Source: an uncultured Chloroflexia bacterium (GTDB lineage: Bacteria; Chloroflexota; Anaerolineae; B4-G1; SLSP01). From it: a stretch of DNA of 64,000 bases. The notes beneath the pieces are model-generated. The model did not search any database. It was given only the letters and a program-made list of their open reading frames with translations, and was not told the DNA's origin. The stretch spans positions 320,001-384,000 of the forward strand of contig CAVVUS010000030.1 of the NCBI GenBank assembly GCA_963751345.1, read 5' to 3'. Below, in pieces: positions 32,981 through 42,555 of the stretch (position 1 is its first letter; each line of letters begins with the position of its first letter). Made by a program: the position numbers and the translations under genes.

Positions 32981-35398
32981 TCAGGCTTCAGGCGGCGGAC
33001 ACGTGTGTTCACGCGCCATAGCAGCCAGGACATCCGGACGGACTGCCACGAACTCAGAGCCGAGCTGTGCCTGCACCTCCTGAAGCTTCTCCATCGACCA
33101 TGCCCAGTTGAGCACCCATGCCCAAATGAACGCCGGGCGAGGCATAGACGCCGTGGCCTGACGGATTTCCTTGACCATCAAGTCCACGATCTCGTCGCGC
33201 GGCGTGCCCCACATCGAGCTGGTCACCGAACGGAAAACTACGACGCCGTTGGGCGCCGTACGGACCGACCCGACGTCGGGCCCCCCGCCATACCCATTGA
33301 AGATGCCCTGCAGCTGCCCATCGGACCCCTGAGCGTAACGGTCTTCCTCGGCAAGCCCGCCTTCAAAGAGCCACAAACAACTCGTGTCAAGCCACTTCAT
33401 CGCCTCATTGGTCAGTCGGGTATAGGCTGCATATAGCTGCTCCCGGTGCTCGGGATAGGCGGACAGGTAGATGCTCGGGAACGTATAGCCGATACCCAGC
33501 CCGCCGACAAGGAGGTCATTTGGCGTGGCCGTGCGAACGTAGTAGTTGTAGACCGCCGGCGCCATCACCGTAGCCCCCGGGGCGAAGGACCACCCCATCG
33601 GGAAACTTCCCCGCTCGGGTTTATCCCACTGCAGATCTCGGGTCTGCATCATCAACGCTTCACCCAGATTGTCGCCGTCGGAGATCACGTGCGCATAGTA
33701 GACCTTGGTCGGATCAAACTCCGGCACTTCCGGCGCCTTGTGACGCCACGGGCCCATCGTCACCCCGGAATGTACCGAGAGGTTGGTAGCCTCGTGAGAC
33801 GGCGTCAGCACCTTGCCGAAGTAGGAACCGTGGAGAAGGCCGGGGCCCTCCATCACAGCATCAGCAGAACGATGCTCCGGGTCCTTGTGATTGGGCATCC
33901 AGTCGAACCACCAGCCCACGATGGGCGTGTTCGGCGGCGTGGACGCCAGTATGCCCCGCAGTAGGTTTTCCTCCGCCAGGATACGGTGCTCCGGGAACCA
34001 GAAGGTGAAGATCCTGAACTGCACCAGATAGTCCGTGATCAGGAAGATGCCGGGGTAGTTCGTCGCCAGGATGCGATGGTTCATCCGCGGGAAGAGCTCC
34101 ACGTAGGCCCAGCGCATCATCTCATACTGGTTGGCCCACTTCCCCCGCGCGTCAAAGAGGGTCGGAAGCCCTTGCTCTGCAGCCATCTCAGGCGTGAGCG
34201 GGACCGCGTCCTCCAGGGCGCCGATCATCAACAGCACGTTGGTCTGGTTCAGTTGGTTGGAGTGATAGTCTCCGATTTCGTCCATGATGCTGCCATCATA
34301 GACCACGGCCCCTCTGATCTCGTCACGGAAGGTGGCCCAGACCTCCCCGGCAGTCACCTCGCGGTAGGCATAACCCTCAAACACCAACTCATCCAGCCAT
34401 TCGCGATCCTGCCGCGCGTAACGCGTGTGCAGCAGATAGAGGCGGGGCTGCGTGCGGTTGACGATCCCCTGAAGCACGCTCATCGCGAATTCCATCTGGG
34501 GGTCGGCCTCGCTCACATCGAGCACCAGCAGCTCCTCCGCGGGACGGGAGGACTTGGGCCAGAAAGTGGTGTAGGGTTCGACGTCCAGAACCGGTTCATA
34601 TCGCTGGGCGACATCGTGCAGCGGCAGATATGACCCGGTCGCTGCATGCTGTTCACGTACGGCCTGCGCCCACGCCACATCCCAGGGATTGGCAAGCGCA
34701 TCACGCTCCAACGCCTGAAGTGCGGTCTCAACACCGGCCCCATCATCGAGCGCAGCATAGACTTCCGCGAGCTCGTAGCGCGCCGCCAGACGTATCGTTG
34801 CATCGGGGGTTCCGTCTATGAGCGTCTGCAACCCAGCGATCACGCCTTCAGCAGCACCATAGGCCTCGAAACGGCACACCAAATTCCACCGAGGCATGAA
34901 GAACAGCAGCTTGAGCAGCACGCGGTTGACGCCGGGTTTCAGCGACACCAAAGCTCGCTCGAGCTCTGAGTCAGCGAGCCGAAAGATCGTCGGGTTCAGG
35001 ACAGGCTGATCGTTGACCCAGGCAAAAGCAATGCCGGAAACCCCTGTGGCGAAGTGCGCCATCTGGGGCTCCGCCACTGCCACCTCGGCGTAGAGGTAAA
35101 AGACGCTCCAGTTCTCCGCGTCCGTCCAGGCACCCAGATCCAGCGGCATCTCGAAGGTGCTCTCCAGATCCGGGATGTGCCGCCAGCTGACCAGGCGATC
35201 GTTCTTACCATTGTAGCTCGCATCCAAGTCAATGGACTGCTCGGGAGCATAGGCCTGCCGTAGGCCGCGGAAACCTGTGTTGTCAAACGGCCCAATCAAA
35301 TGGGCGTTAGTCAATCGCAGCAGGTTGGGCTCGGGCGTTACCTGGAGCCGCGCATTCTGCCACTGAGCGTATGCCGTCGGATTGTGAGTCATCATCAT
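32981..35398 (-). CDS. GxGYxYP-family putative glycoside hydrolase with N-terminal beta-domain, no signal peptide
   Basis: LQGIVNRTQPRLY, DYLV, SDGDN and GLGIGYTFP; paralog of the adjacent gene. Confidence 0.8.
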   Translation of the reverse strand: MMMTHNPTAYAQWQNARLQVTPEPNLLRLTNAHLIGPFDNTGFRGLRQAYAPEQSIDLDASYNGKNDRLVSWRHIPDLESTFEMPLDLGAWTDAENWSVFYLYAEVAVAEPQMAHFATGVSGIAFAWVNDQPVLNPTIFRLADSELERALVSLKPGVNRVLLKLLFFMPRWNLVCRFEAYGAAEGVIAGLQTLIDGTPDATIRLAARYELAEVYAALDDGAGVETALQALERDALANPWDVAWAQAVREQHAATGSYLPLHDVAQRYEPVLDVEPYTTFWPKSSRPAEELLVLDVSEADPQMEFAMSVLQGIVNRTQPRLYLLHTRYARQDREWLDELVFEGYAYREVTAGEVWATFRDEIRGAVVYDGSIMDEIGDYHSNQLNQTNVLLMIGALEDAVPLTPEMAAEQGLPTLFDARGKWANQYEMMRWAYVELFPRMNHRILATNYPGIFLITDYLVQFRIFTFWFPEHRILAEENLLRGILASTPPNTPIVGWWFDWMPNHKDPEHRSADAVMEGPGLLHGSYFGKVLTPSHEATNLSVHSGVTMGPWRHKAPEVPEFDPTKVYYAHVISDGDNLGEALMMQTRDLQWDKPERGSFPMGWSFAPGATVMAPAVYNYYVRTATPNDLLVGGLGIGYTFPSIYLSAYPEHREQLYAAYTRLTNEAMKWLDTSCLWLFEGGLAEEDRYAQGSDGQLQGIFNGYGGGPDVGSVRTAPNGVVVFRSVTSSMWGTPRDEIVDLMVKEIRQATASMPRPAFIWAWVLNWAWSMEKLQEVQAQLGSEFVAVRPDVLAAMAREHTCPPPEA

Positions 35399-35406
35399 CG
35401 TCTCCT

Positions 35407-37944
35407 TTATTGTGGACGCTGGGCTAACGAGACCAACACGTCAGGCCGAACTCCAACGTACTCCGGGCCGAGGCGATCCTGGACTTCCATGAGCATGTCC
35501 ATTGACCAGGCCCAGTTCAAGACCCAGGCCTCGACAAAAGCGGGGCGTTTGTGCCCGGCGGCCTCCTGGATCTCGTAGACCATCCGGTTAATGAGCTCCT
35601 CGCGGGACTTACCGGAGGTCATGCCGGTCGCAGGATGAAAAACCACGACATTGTTCGGCGCGATCCGCACCGAGGCCGTCTGGGGGCTGCCTCCGTAACC
35701 GTTGAAGATGCCCTTGAGCCGGCCATTGCCGTCGGTGCCCGGAGCTCCCTCAGCATAACGGTCCTCAGCAGCCTGAGTGCCACGGATCAGCCACAGACAA
35801 TCGGTGTCGATCCAACCCAGCGCATCGCTGGTCATCTTGGCGTAGGTCGTGTAGAGCGAGTCACGCTGGTCGGGGTATGCGCGCAGATAGACATCGGGCT
35901 CGGTGTAGCCGACGCCCAGTCCACCAACCAGGAGATCGTTGGGCGTGGCCGTTCGCAGGTAGTAGTTGAGGACCGTCGGCGCCATCCGCGCCGCCCCAGG
36001 AGCGAAGGACCACCCCATCGGCACATCGCCGCGTTGGGGCTTGTCCCACTGGAGATCACGGGTGCGCATCATCAGAGCCTCGCCCAGGTTGTCACCATCG
36101 GAGATCACGTGCGCGTAATAGACCTTGGTGGGGTCGAATTCGGGCGTGGGCGGGCTCTTGGCTTCCCACGGACCCACCGCCACGCCGGAGTGAACGGAGA
36201 GATTGGTCGCCTCGTGAGAGGGGGTCAGCACCTTGCCGAAGTAGGAGCCCCGAATGAGCCCGGGCGCCTCCATCACGGCGTCCGCTTCTTTGTGCACGGG
36301 ATCCTGGGGATTCGGCATCCAGTCGAACCACCAGCCGACGATCGGCGTGTTGGGTGGGGTGGAGGCCAGGATACCGCGCAGTAGGTTTTCCTCCGGCTGC
36401 GTGCGTTCCTGGGGGAACCAGAAGGTGAAGATCTGATTCTCGACCAGGTAGTCGGTCAGGAGGAAAATGCCGGGATAATCGGTCGCCACGATGCGATGGT
36501 TCATCTGGGGGAAAAGCTCTCTATAGGCCCAGCTCATCATGTCATACTGGTTCGCCCACTTACCCCGCGCATCAAAGAGCACCGGCAGTCCCAACTCTTT
36601 GTTCATCTCCTCCGTCAGTGGGACGGCCTGCTGCAACGACGAGATCATCATCAACACGTTGGTCTGGTTGAGCTGATCCGAGTGATAGGCGCCGATCTCA
36701 TCCATGATCGAACCATCATAAATCACGGCGCCTGAGATTTCGGACCGGAATGCATTCCAGACGTCGTCCACGGAGACGTCGCGATACGTATAGCCCTCAT
36801 AGACGAGCTCCTGGAGCCACTGCCAGTCCTGGCGCGAGTAGCGCGTGTGGAGCAGATAGAGGCGCGGCTGGGTGCGATTGACCAGTCCCTGTAGCACACT
36901 CATCGCGAACTCCATCTGCGGGCTCATCGAGCTCACGTCGAGCACCATCAGCTCTTGGGCCGGCGCCGAAGACTGAGGCCAGAAGGAGTCGTAGGGGGTC
37001 ACCGACGTCACAGGTTGGTAGTTGATATTGACGTCGTGGATGGGCATGTAGCTGCCGGTCTTGTCGGCTTGCGCCGCCACGGCATCGGCCCAAGTGACGT
37101 CCCAATCTGTGGCAAGAGGATCTCGCTTGAGTGCCGCCAGGGCGTTTTTGACTTGCCGCTGCTGATCCATAGCAGCCTCGATCTCAACCAGCTTGTATCG
37201 CGCGACCATGCGCGTGGTCGGGTCGGGCGCACCGGAGATCAAGCGGTCAACCCCGCTGACGATCGGCTGTGGATCGCCGTAGTTCGCGGTCTGCACTTGA
37301 AGAGACCAGTTAGCAGTGGTATACATCAACTTCAGCATCAGCCGATTCGTCCCTGCCTGCAGCCCGATCAAGGCGCGGTTGTGCTCAAGATCAGTGAACG
37401 GCCACGAGATCGCCGGGGCATAGGCCTTATGCCAGGCTGCATCCGGACCATTGCTAAGCCAGGCCTCCACCGAATCGGGGCCGCCAAACCGCAGCTCCGC
37501 CAACTGAGGGTCCTGCACCTCGATTTCGGCATAGACGTAGAGCACGCTCTCAGGCGCGGACGGCATGAAGAGACTCAACGCCAACGGAGAGAGATACGTG
37601 GATTCCAGGCCAGGCGACGCTTTCCATTGAACCGTCTCCCCATCCTTACCGGTGGCGGTTGCGCCGAAGTCGATCGACGGGCTTGACGCAAGGGTCTGTT
37701 CCGGCGGATAGACTTCGTCATAGCCCCGATACTCTGTGTGATCAAAGGGGCCGATCATCTGAGCATTCCGCAACTGCAGCAGCGTGGGTTCCGGAACGAT
37801 CTGTTGCCAGGCCTCAGTCCAGCGGCCCATCGCTGTCGGATCGTCGGTGTTCAAGGTAACCTTTGTTGCTGTACAGCCAACCGCCAAAGTTCCCAGAAGC
37901 AACGCGAGGCACAACCATCGCGTCGTAGTTGAGTGGAATGACAT
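35407..37944 (-). CDS. GxGYxYP-family putative glycoside hydrolase, lipoprotein
   Basis: Lipobox LAVGC; LQGLVNRTQPRLY, SDGDN and GLGVGYTEP. Confidence 0.8.
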   Translation of the reverse strand: MSFHSTTTRWLCLALLLGTLAVGCTATKVTLNTDDPTAMGRWTEAWQQIVPEPTLLQLRNAQMIGPFDHTEYRGYDEVYPPEQTLASSPSIDFGATATGKDGETVQWKASPGLESTYLSPLALSLFMPSAPESVLYVYAEIEVQDPQLAELRFGGPDSVEAWLSNGPDAAWHKAYAPAISWPFTDLEHNRALIGLQAGTNRLMLKLMYTTANWSLQVQTANYGDPQPIVSGVDRLISGAPDPTTRMVARYKLVEIEAAMDQQRQVKNALAALKRDPLATDWDVTWADAVAAQADKTGSYMPIHDVNINYQPVTSVTPYDSFWPQSSAPAQELMVLDVSSMSPQMEFAMSVLQGLVNRTQPRLYLLHTRYSRQDWQWLQELVYEGYTYRDVSVDDVWNAFRSEISGAVIYDGSIMDEIGAYHSDQLNQTNVLMMISSLQQAVPLTEEMNKELGLPVLFDARGKWANQYDMMSWAYRELFPQMNHRIVATDYPGIFLLTDYLVENQIFTFWFPQERTQPEENLLRGILASTPPNTPIVGWWFDWMPNPQDPVHKEADAVMEAPGLIRGSYFGKVLTPSHEATNLSVHSGVAVGPWEAKSPPTPEFDPTKVYYAHVISDGDNLGEALMMRTRDLQWDKPQRGDVPMGWSFAPGAARMAPTVLNYYLRTATPNDLLVGGLGVGYTEPDVYLRAYPDQRDSLYTTYAKMTSDALGWIDTDCLWLIRGTQAAEDRYAEGAPGTDGNGRLKGIFNGYGGSPQTASVRIAPNNVVVFHPATGMTSGKSREELINRMVYEIQEAAGHKRPAFVEAWVLNWAWSMDMLMEVQDRLGPEYVGVRPDVLVSLAQRPQ

Positions 37945-38053
37945 ACGAGACAACCTCTCATCATCTATGAAAGCCGGCCTCAACTCCACAGTCCGGGAAA
38001 GACAATCACGACTGTGGAACCGAGACCGGCTGACACAGCTTATCGTATGGGTC

Positions 38054-38578
38054 TCAATGACAGGTAGGACAGTGGGATTTGAACGAGATCCCTATTGTGT
38101 CCCCCACGGTATTCCTGACCGTCAGATTGACCGAGCATCTCCGTCGGGAGAAATCCATCGGCCAGCCCCGGTACGTCGTCGTCCCGCCGGTCGGCTCAGA
38201 CTCCACCGGCGTAAGCCAACTCGTCAGGTCTCGGTGCTCGCCATCCGCACACACATATTCGACCGACACCAGCTCATCGTCAACGGTCAGCTCATCGTAC
38301 TGAACACTGTACATAGGGCGATGCGAATAGACTCTGACGGTGCCGACGGGCACCGGCTCACTGATCGATTGATCGTAGGCCGCCCCAAGGTCGACAGTCT
38401 GCACCTCCGCGGACAGTACCTCGCTCATCATCGTCGGAGCCACCGAGAGCACATCCGGCAGCGATGTTGGCGGAGGATCGAGAGAATTGCCTCGCACTGC
38501 CGCCTGACACCCAGACATCATCAGACTCACACCCAACACTATGACCAACGGTACAACGGCTCGCATCTCCTGCCCCAT
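38054..38578 (-). CDS. Hypothetical lipoprotein ending in CPTCH
   Basis: Hydrophobic signal plus MSGC lipobox; GGAG RBS; terminal CxxCH. Confidence 0.6.
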   Translation of the reverse strand: MGQEMRAVVPLVIVLGVSLMMSGCQAAVRGNSLDPPPTSLPDVLSVAPTMMSEVLSAEVQTVDLGAAYDQSISEPVPVGTVRVYSHRPMYSVQYDELTVDDELVSVEYVCADGEHRDLTSWLTPVESEPTGGTTTYRGWPMDFSRRRCSVNLTVRNTVGDTIGISFKSHCPTCH

Positions 38579-38694
38579 AACTCGATCGCTATCTCCCCGC
38601 TGGGCCCAACGTCCAACGGGGTATGTTTCGCGTTATCTGATGCCGAACCCGCTTCCGACTCAACCTAGTGGTCAGTAAACTCGGTTGCCGGACT

Positions 38695-38761
38695 CTGCCA
38701 TCCTTGCGGGGCACAGATCCTTCACGTCCCCACGCTGCGTGGGGCACGTTCAGGATGACAG
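38695..38761. repeat. TGTCATCCTGA-type palindromic element
   Basis: CTGCCATCCT...AGATCCTTCACG...CGTTCAGGATGACAG; related to 54379-54467. Confidence 0.55.
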
Positions 38762-38787
38762 TTGCCACGGATCAACTTAAAAGAGCA

Positions 38788-41255
38788 CTAGGTCAGAGAG
38801 ATGCGGACCGACACTCCCGCAGGTTGGTTGGAGAAGCGGACGAGTGCAGTCTTCGATGCAGCATCCCACTCCATCGCGACGTCCGACCCCTCACCCGACA
38901 CGAACGTCGGTGCCGAGGGCAGACTCACACGCACCGCACACTCCGTCCCTGCCATCCCTTCGGCGGTGAACGTGAGCCCATCCTGACTCGCCTGCTCATC
39001 CTCGACTCGCCCGGCTGCCGCGATGACCCACGGGCCTTCGGGACACCGAGCCAGGTCATAGAGCAGCCACCGGGTGTCGGGCGCAATCTGCGGGTCCGTG
39101 ACGACCGCCAAATCAGGATCGTAGAGATTGACGTAGGTGCCCGGCAACGTCAAAGTCGTGTCCTCTGTCTCGTCCATCCCCGCGGCGACGATGTAGGGAC
39201 CGCGCCGCAGGACAAGATGATTGCCGGGGGTCCACGGTAGTCCCACCGTCTCGCACGCTGAGGCTACTTGCGCCAGCACCTGCTCAGGGCCGGATTCGTC
39301 GTGCGCCAGGGCAGCCGGTGACGCCGGCACGACCACGAGATGCCCCTCGTCGACTCCATAAGTGCCGGCCTTCGGGGAGCGGCCCACGCCCAACAGCTCG
39401 GTCAAGTGTGCCTGGGGGCGGGCATAGGACATGCCATCCTGATTCCACCACTCGCGCACACCGTCGTAGGCATCACCGATGCCAAAAAGGAGCAGCACAT
39501 TGCCTGCACGGACCCACGCAGCCAGTGACTCGTGGACGTCCGGAGAGAGAGGCTTCTGTCCCTCGTAGGTAAGCAACAGGAGTTGCACGTTGTCCAGATA
39601 GCCGGGATCGCCAGCCCGTTCGAGCTGGACCATATCCAATGCGACGCCGTGCTTGACCAACGGCATAGCCAGGCCATAGAGCGAGGACATATCGGGGTCG
39701 CTCGGCTCGGGGTCGCCCCGCTGGAACATCAGCGAGTCGGCGATGCCCAGCCCAATGCCGGTCATCCCGTGAAGGTATTCGGTGTCCTCGGGCCAATCCA
39801 TATCCCGAAGCGCATTGTAGACGACCTGTAGTTCGGTGCTGTAGGACTGGGGGATCATTTCCAGATCGTCGGTGGGCCGGTGCATGAACCTAGCCAGTGC
39901 GTTACGAATGCGCTGAGCGTCCTCCTGATCCTCCCATTGGGCCAGATCCCGATAGAGACCGTTAGCCGTCGCCCGGATATCACCAAAGCGGAGAGACTTG
40001 GATTCCGTCGCGAGGTTCGCAAACCCAAGCGTCTCACGTTTGCTCTCCTGACCTTTTTCATCGTAGAACTTGATGAAGAGATCGAACGCACGTTGGGTAT
40101 CGGCGTACAGCTCCTCCGGATCGTAATTCATCCATCGGGGACGGCGCTGTGCTCTGACTCCCGTCTGCCGACCTGGGGTCCTGCCTCAGCCTCTGCCTTG
40201 AGGCGGGAGAGGTAATCCTCCATCATCGGCTGGAGCGGATCCGCCATCAGGTTGTGGGTCGGGTAAGAGCCAAAGAAGACCCGACGCGGCCACGGCATAA
40301 TCTCAAAACGCTCACTCCCCGCTACCAGCAACGAACCGGTTACCGTGCACTCCCAATTCACACGATAGTCCTCCCAAGAGTAGGAGGGATTGTCCTCAAT
40401 GGGATCCGCCAGCATCCATACCTGCTTCTCCGTACCTCGGACGATCGCGTCACAGGAGGCGTATTCACAATAGCCGGCCTCAAGCGTTCGCTGTCGTGGG
40501 ACGCCGCGATAGACGTTGGGCGTACGCGAGGTGCCCGTCCAGACTTGCCCGATCAGACCATCAAAATCCGGGATCGTCAGGAGTTGGCTTTCCGGGCTGA
40601 CAATGCGCCAGTGCGCGTAGTTGACGAGACTGTGGGTCGGCACGTAGCACTTGAAATCAAGGTTGCCCTTTTCAGCTGCATACGTCTTGAGATCGTGGAA
40701 AAGGTAGGCCAACGTCCGGGTGTAGAGATACTGCTTGAGCTTGGCCGCGCGGTATCGAGCATCAGGAGAGGACGCAGGATCCTGCCATGGCTCGTCGTAG
40801 AACTCGGCCCACTCGCGCTTGAAGCCCTCGCCATACCCTCCACGAACCCAGAACTCGGGCTCCTCCAGGTGAATTGCCAGCGCGCCGGCATCGACAACGC
40901 GCTTCAGTCCCTCACTCAAATAGCGAGCATAGGTCTTGCTGGGCATCATGTAGAACATATCGTGCCCCTGACCAAGCCCGTGCTCCAGCTTGAAGCCACC
41001 CTCGGCCGCCTGGGCATCGTCGTAGTGCTGCCGGCCATCCCACTCGCCGCGCACGTAGGCCTGGTAGCCGCCCCACGCCACGCCGGTCATCACATGGATG
41101 CGATAGCCGGCCTCGCGCCAGCGATTAACCCGCTCCTCAAATGTATCGTTCAGCCCATAGACGATGGCGACGTCGGCACGACTGTCGGTCTCCGGGAAAT
41201 AGGGGCTGGACTCCTGAAATGCCGTGCGCTCTTCCGAGCGATCGTGTTTTCGCAT
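38788..41255 (-). CDS. Uncharacterised putative glycoside hydrolase (predicted TIM barrel + glutamine-amidotransferase-like + beta domain), split at 40128-40131
   Basis: HVMTGVAWG, HLEEPEFW, YVPTHS, QVWTGTSR, DPIED and EIMPWP in the N-terminal part; LLLTYEGQKP..LAAWVRAG in the C-terminal part. The two ORFs overlap by ATGA. Confidence 0.6.
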
Positions 41256-41272
41256 GGTTACTCCATTGTGAA

Positions 41273-41320
41273 GGCGTTTGAACGTTCGAACGTTTGCACG
41301 TTCGAACGTTCAAACGTCCC
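41273..41320. repeat. 8-bp-period AACGTTNN tandem array
   Basis: GGCGTTTG AACGTTCG AACGTTTG CACGTTCG AACGTTCA AACGTCCC. Confidence 0.75.
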
Positions 41321-41331
41321 TCTATTCCTCG

Positions 41332-42471
41332 TTACCCAATCCGCCAGGTAGCGTTGTCGACCAACTCGATCTTGCCGCTCGCCGCCGAACGAACGCCGGC
41401 GTCAAGGATCGACATCACGTCAACGTTGAACCAGAGCCCCAGCGAGGGGTGCAGCGGCTCACCGGTCTCAAGGTGATGGATGTACTCTTCGGCCACAGTC
41501 TGCCGACCCTCGGGAAGGGGCTCTACATCATAGATGGTGGTCCGGCCATGGCCACGTTCGAGCCGTACAATCTGGTTGTCGCCCTTGCGGTCCACAACCA
41601 GGGTGCCCGTGGTTCCGTAGACGATGGGGCCGGTCGGTACACCATGATCGAACGTCGTCCACGTGCCCTCGAGCAGGGCCATCGCGTTGGGGAACCGCAC
41701 CACGATCACACCGTTGTCCTCAGCGTCGCCCCAGTGACTGTTGAGGTTGGCCTTCATACCCATCGCTGCCGTCGCCTTCTCGCCGACGTACCAGTAGGAG
41801 ATCATCGCGCCGTAGCAGCAGAAGTCGAGCATTGCGCCACCATGCGCCGCAGCCTGATGCCACCACGTAGCAGCGCGCTCCGGCCCGGTCATCCCCTCGA
41901 CGACCTCACTCACACCTTCGTGCGCCGCAGAGGGACCCAGCGGCCCGGTGTGCCCAGCCCGCCACTTGACCTCCAGCACTCTGCCGATCACGCCCTCGTC
42001 GATGAGCTCCTTGGCCTTGCGCGCCGCCGGTGACCACGTGAGCGGCCAGTTGACCAGCAACTGGGTGCCAGCGGCCTCGCAAGCGCGGGCCATTCGCAGG
42101 GCGTCGGAGAGCGTACCGGCCATCGGCTTCTCAATGCAGACGTTGGCGCCTGCGGCAGCACATGCCTCGACGATCTCGGCATGTCTGGCGTTCTCGGAGG
42201 TGATGATGACGATGTCCAACGGCGTGCCCGCCGCCTTCTCTTTCTCCAGCATCTCCTTGTAGTTGTCGTAGGCCTTGGCCACGCCCAGCTCAGTCATCGC
42301 ATGCTGCTTGTTCCACGCACGGGTATAGGGTGCGACCCGAAGCTCCGGTTTGGCCGGCTCCGTGTCCGCACACGCGGCCATCACCACCTGGGGGTGTTTG
42401 GCGTAGAGCGCGGCCACGTTGTTGATGTGCATGTGCCCGAATCCAGCAATACCTACACGGTATGTCTTCAT
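41332..42471 (-). CDS. Gfo/Idh/MocA oxidoreductase
   Basis: VGIAGFGHMH, CIEKPMA, GGAMLDFCCY and AED. Confidence 0.92.
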   Translation of the reverse strand: MKTYRVGIAGFGHMHINNVAALYAKHPQVVMAACADTEPAKPELRVAPYTRAWNKQHAMTELGVAKAYDNYKEMLEKEKAAGTPLDIVIITSENARHAEIVEACAAAGANVCIEKPMAGTLSDALRMARACEAAGTQLLVNWPLTWSPAARKAKELIDEGVIGRVLEVKWRAGHTGPLGPSAAHEGVSEVVEGMTGPERAATWWHQAAAHGGAMLDFCCYGAMISYWYVGEKATAAMGMKANLNSHWGDAEDNGVIVVRFPNAMALLEGTWTTFDHGVPTGPIVYGTTGTLVVDRKGDNQIVRLERGHGRTTIYDVEPLPEGRQTVAEEYIHHLETGEPLHPSLGLWFNVDVMSILDAGVRSAASGKIELVDNATWRIG

Positions 42472-42491
42472 GGTATCCTCCCTTAGTGAGA

Positions 42492-42531
42492 AACGTTCGA
42501 ACGTTTTAACGTCAAAACGTTCGAACGTTTC
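42492..42531. repeat. 8-bp-period AACGTTNN tandem array
   Basis: AACGTTCG AACGTTTT AACGTCAA AACGTTCG AACGTTTC. Confidence 0.75.
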
Positions 42532-42555
42532 TCCGATCCTAATCTTGAACGTTAG

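Noticed and set aside
41273-42531. AACGTTCGAAC repeats as a CRISPR array or as LexA (GAAC-N4-GTTC) boxes
   Set aside because: No spacers or cas genes, and the spacing does not fit GAAC-N4-GTTC.
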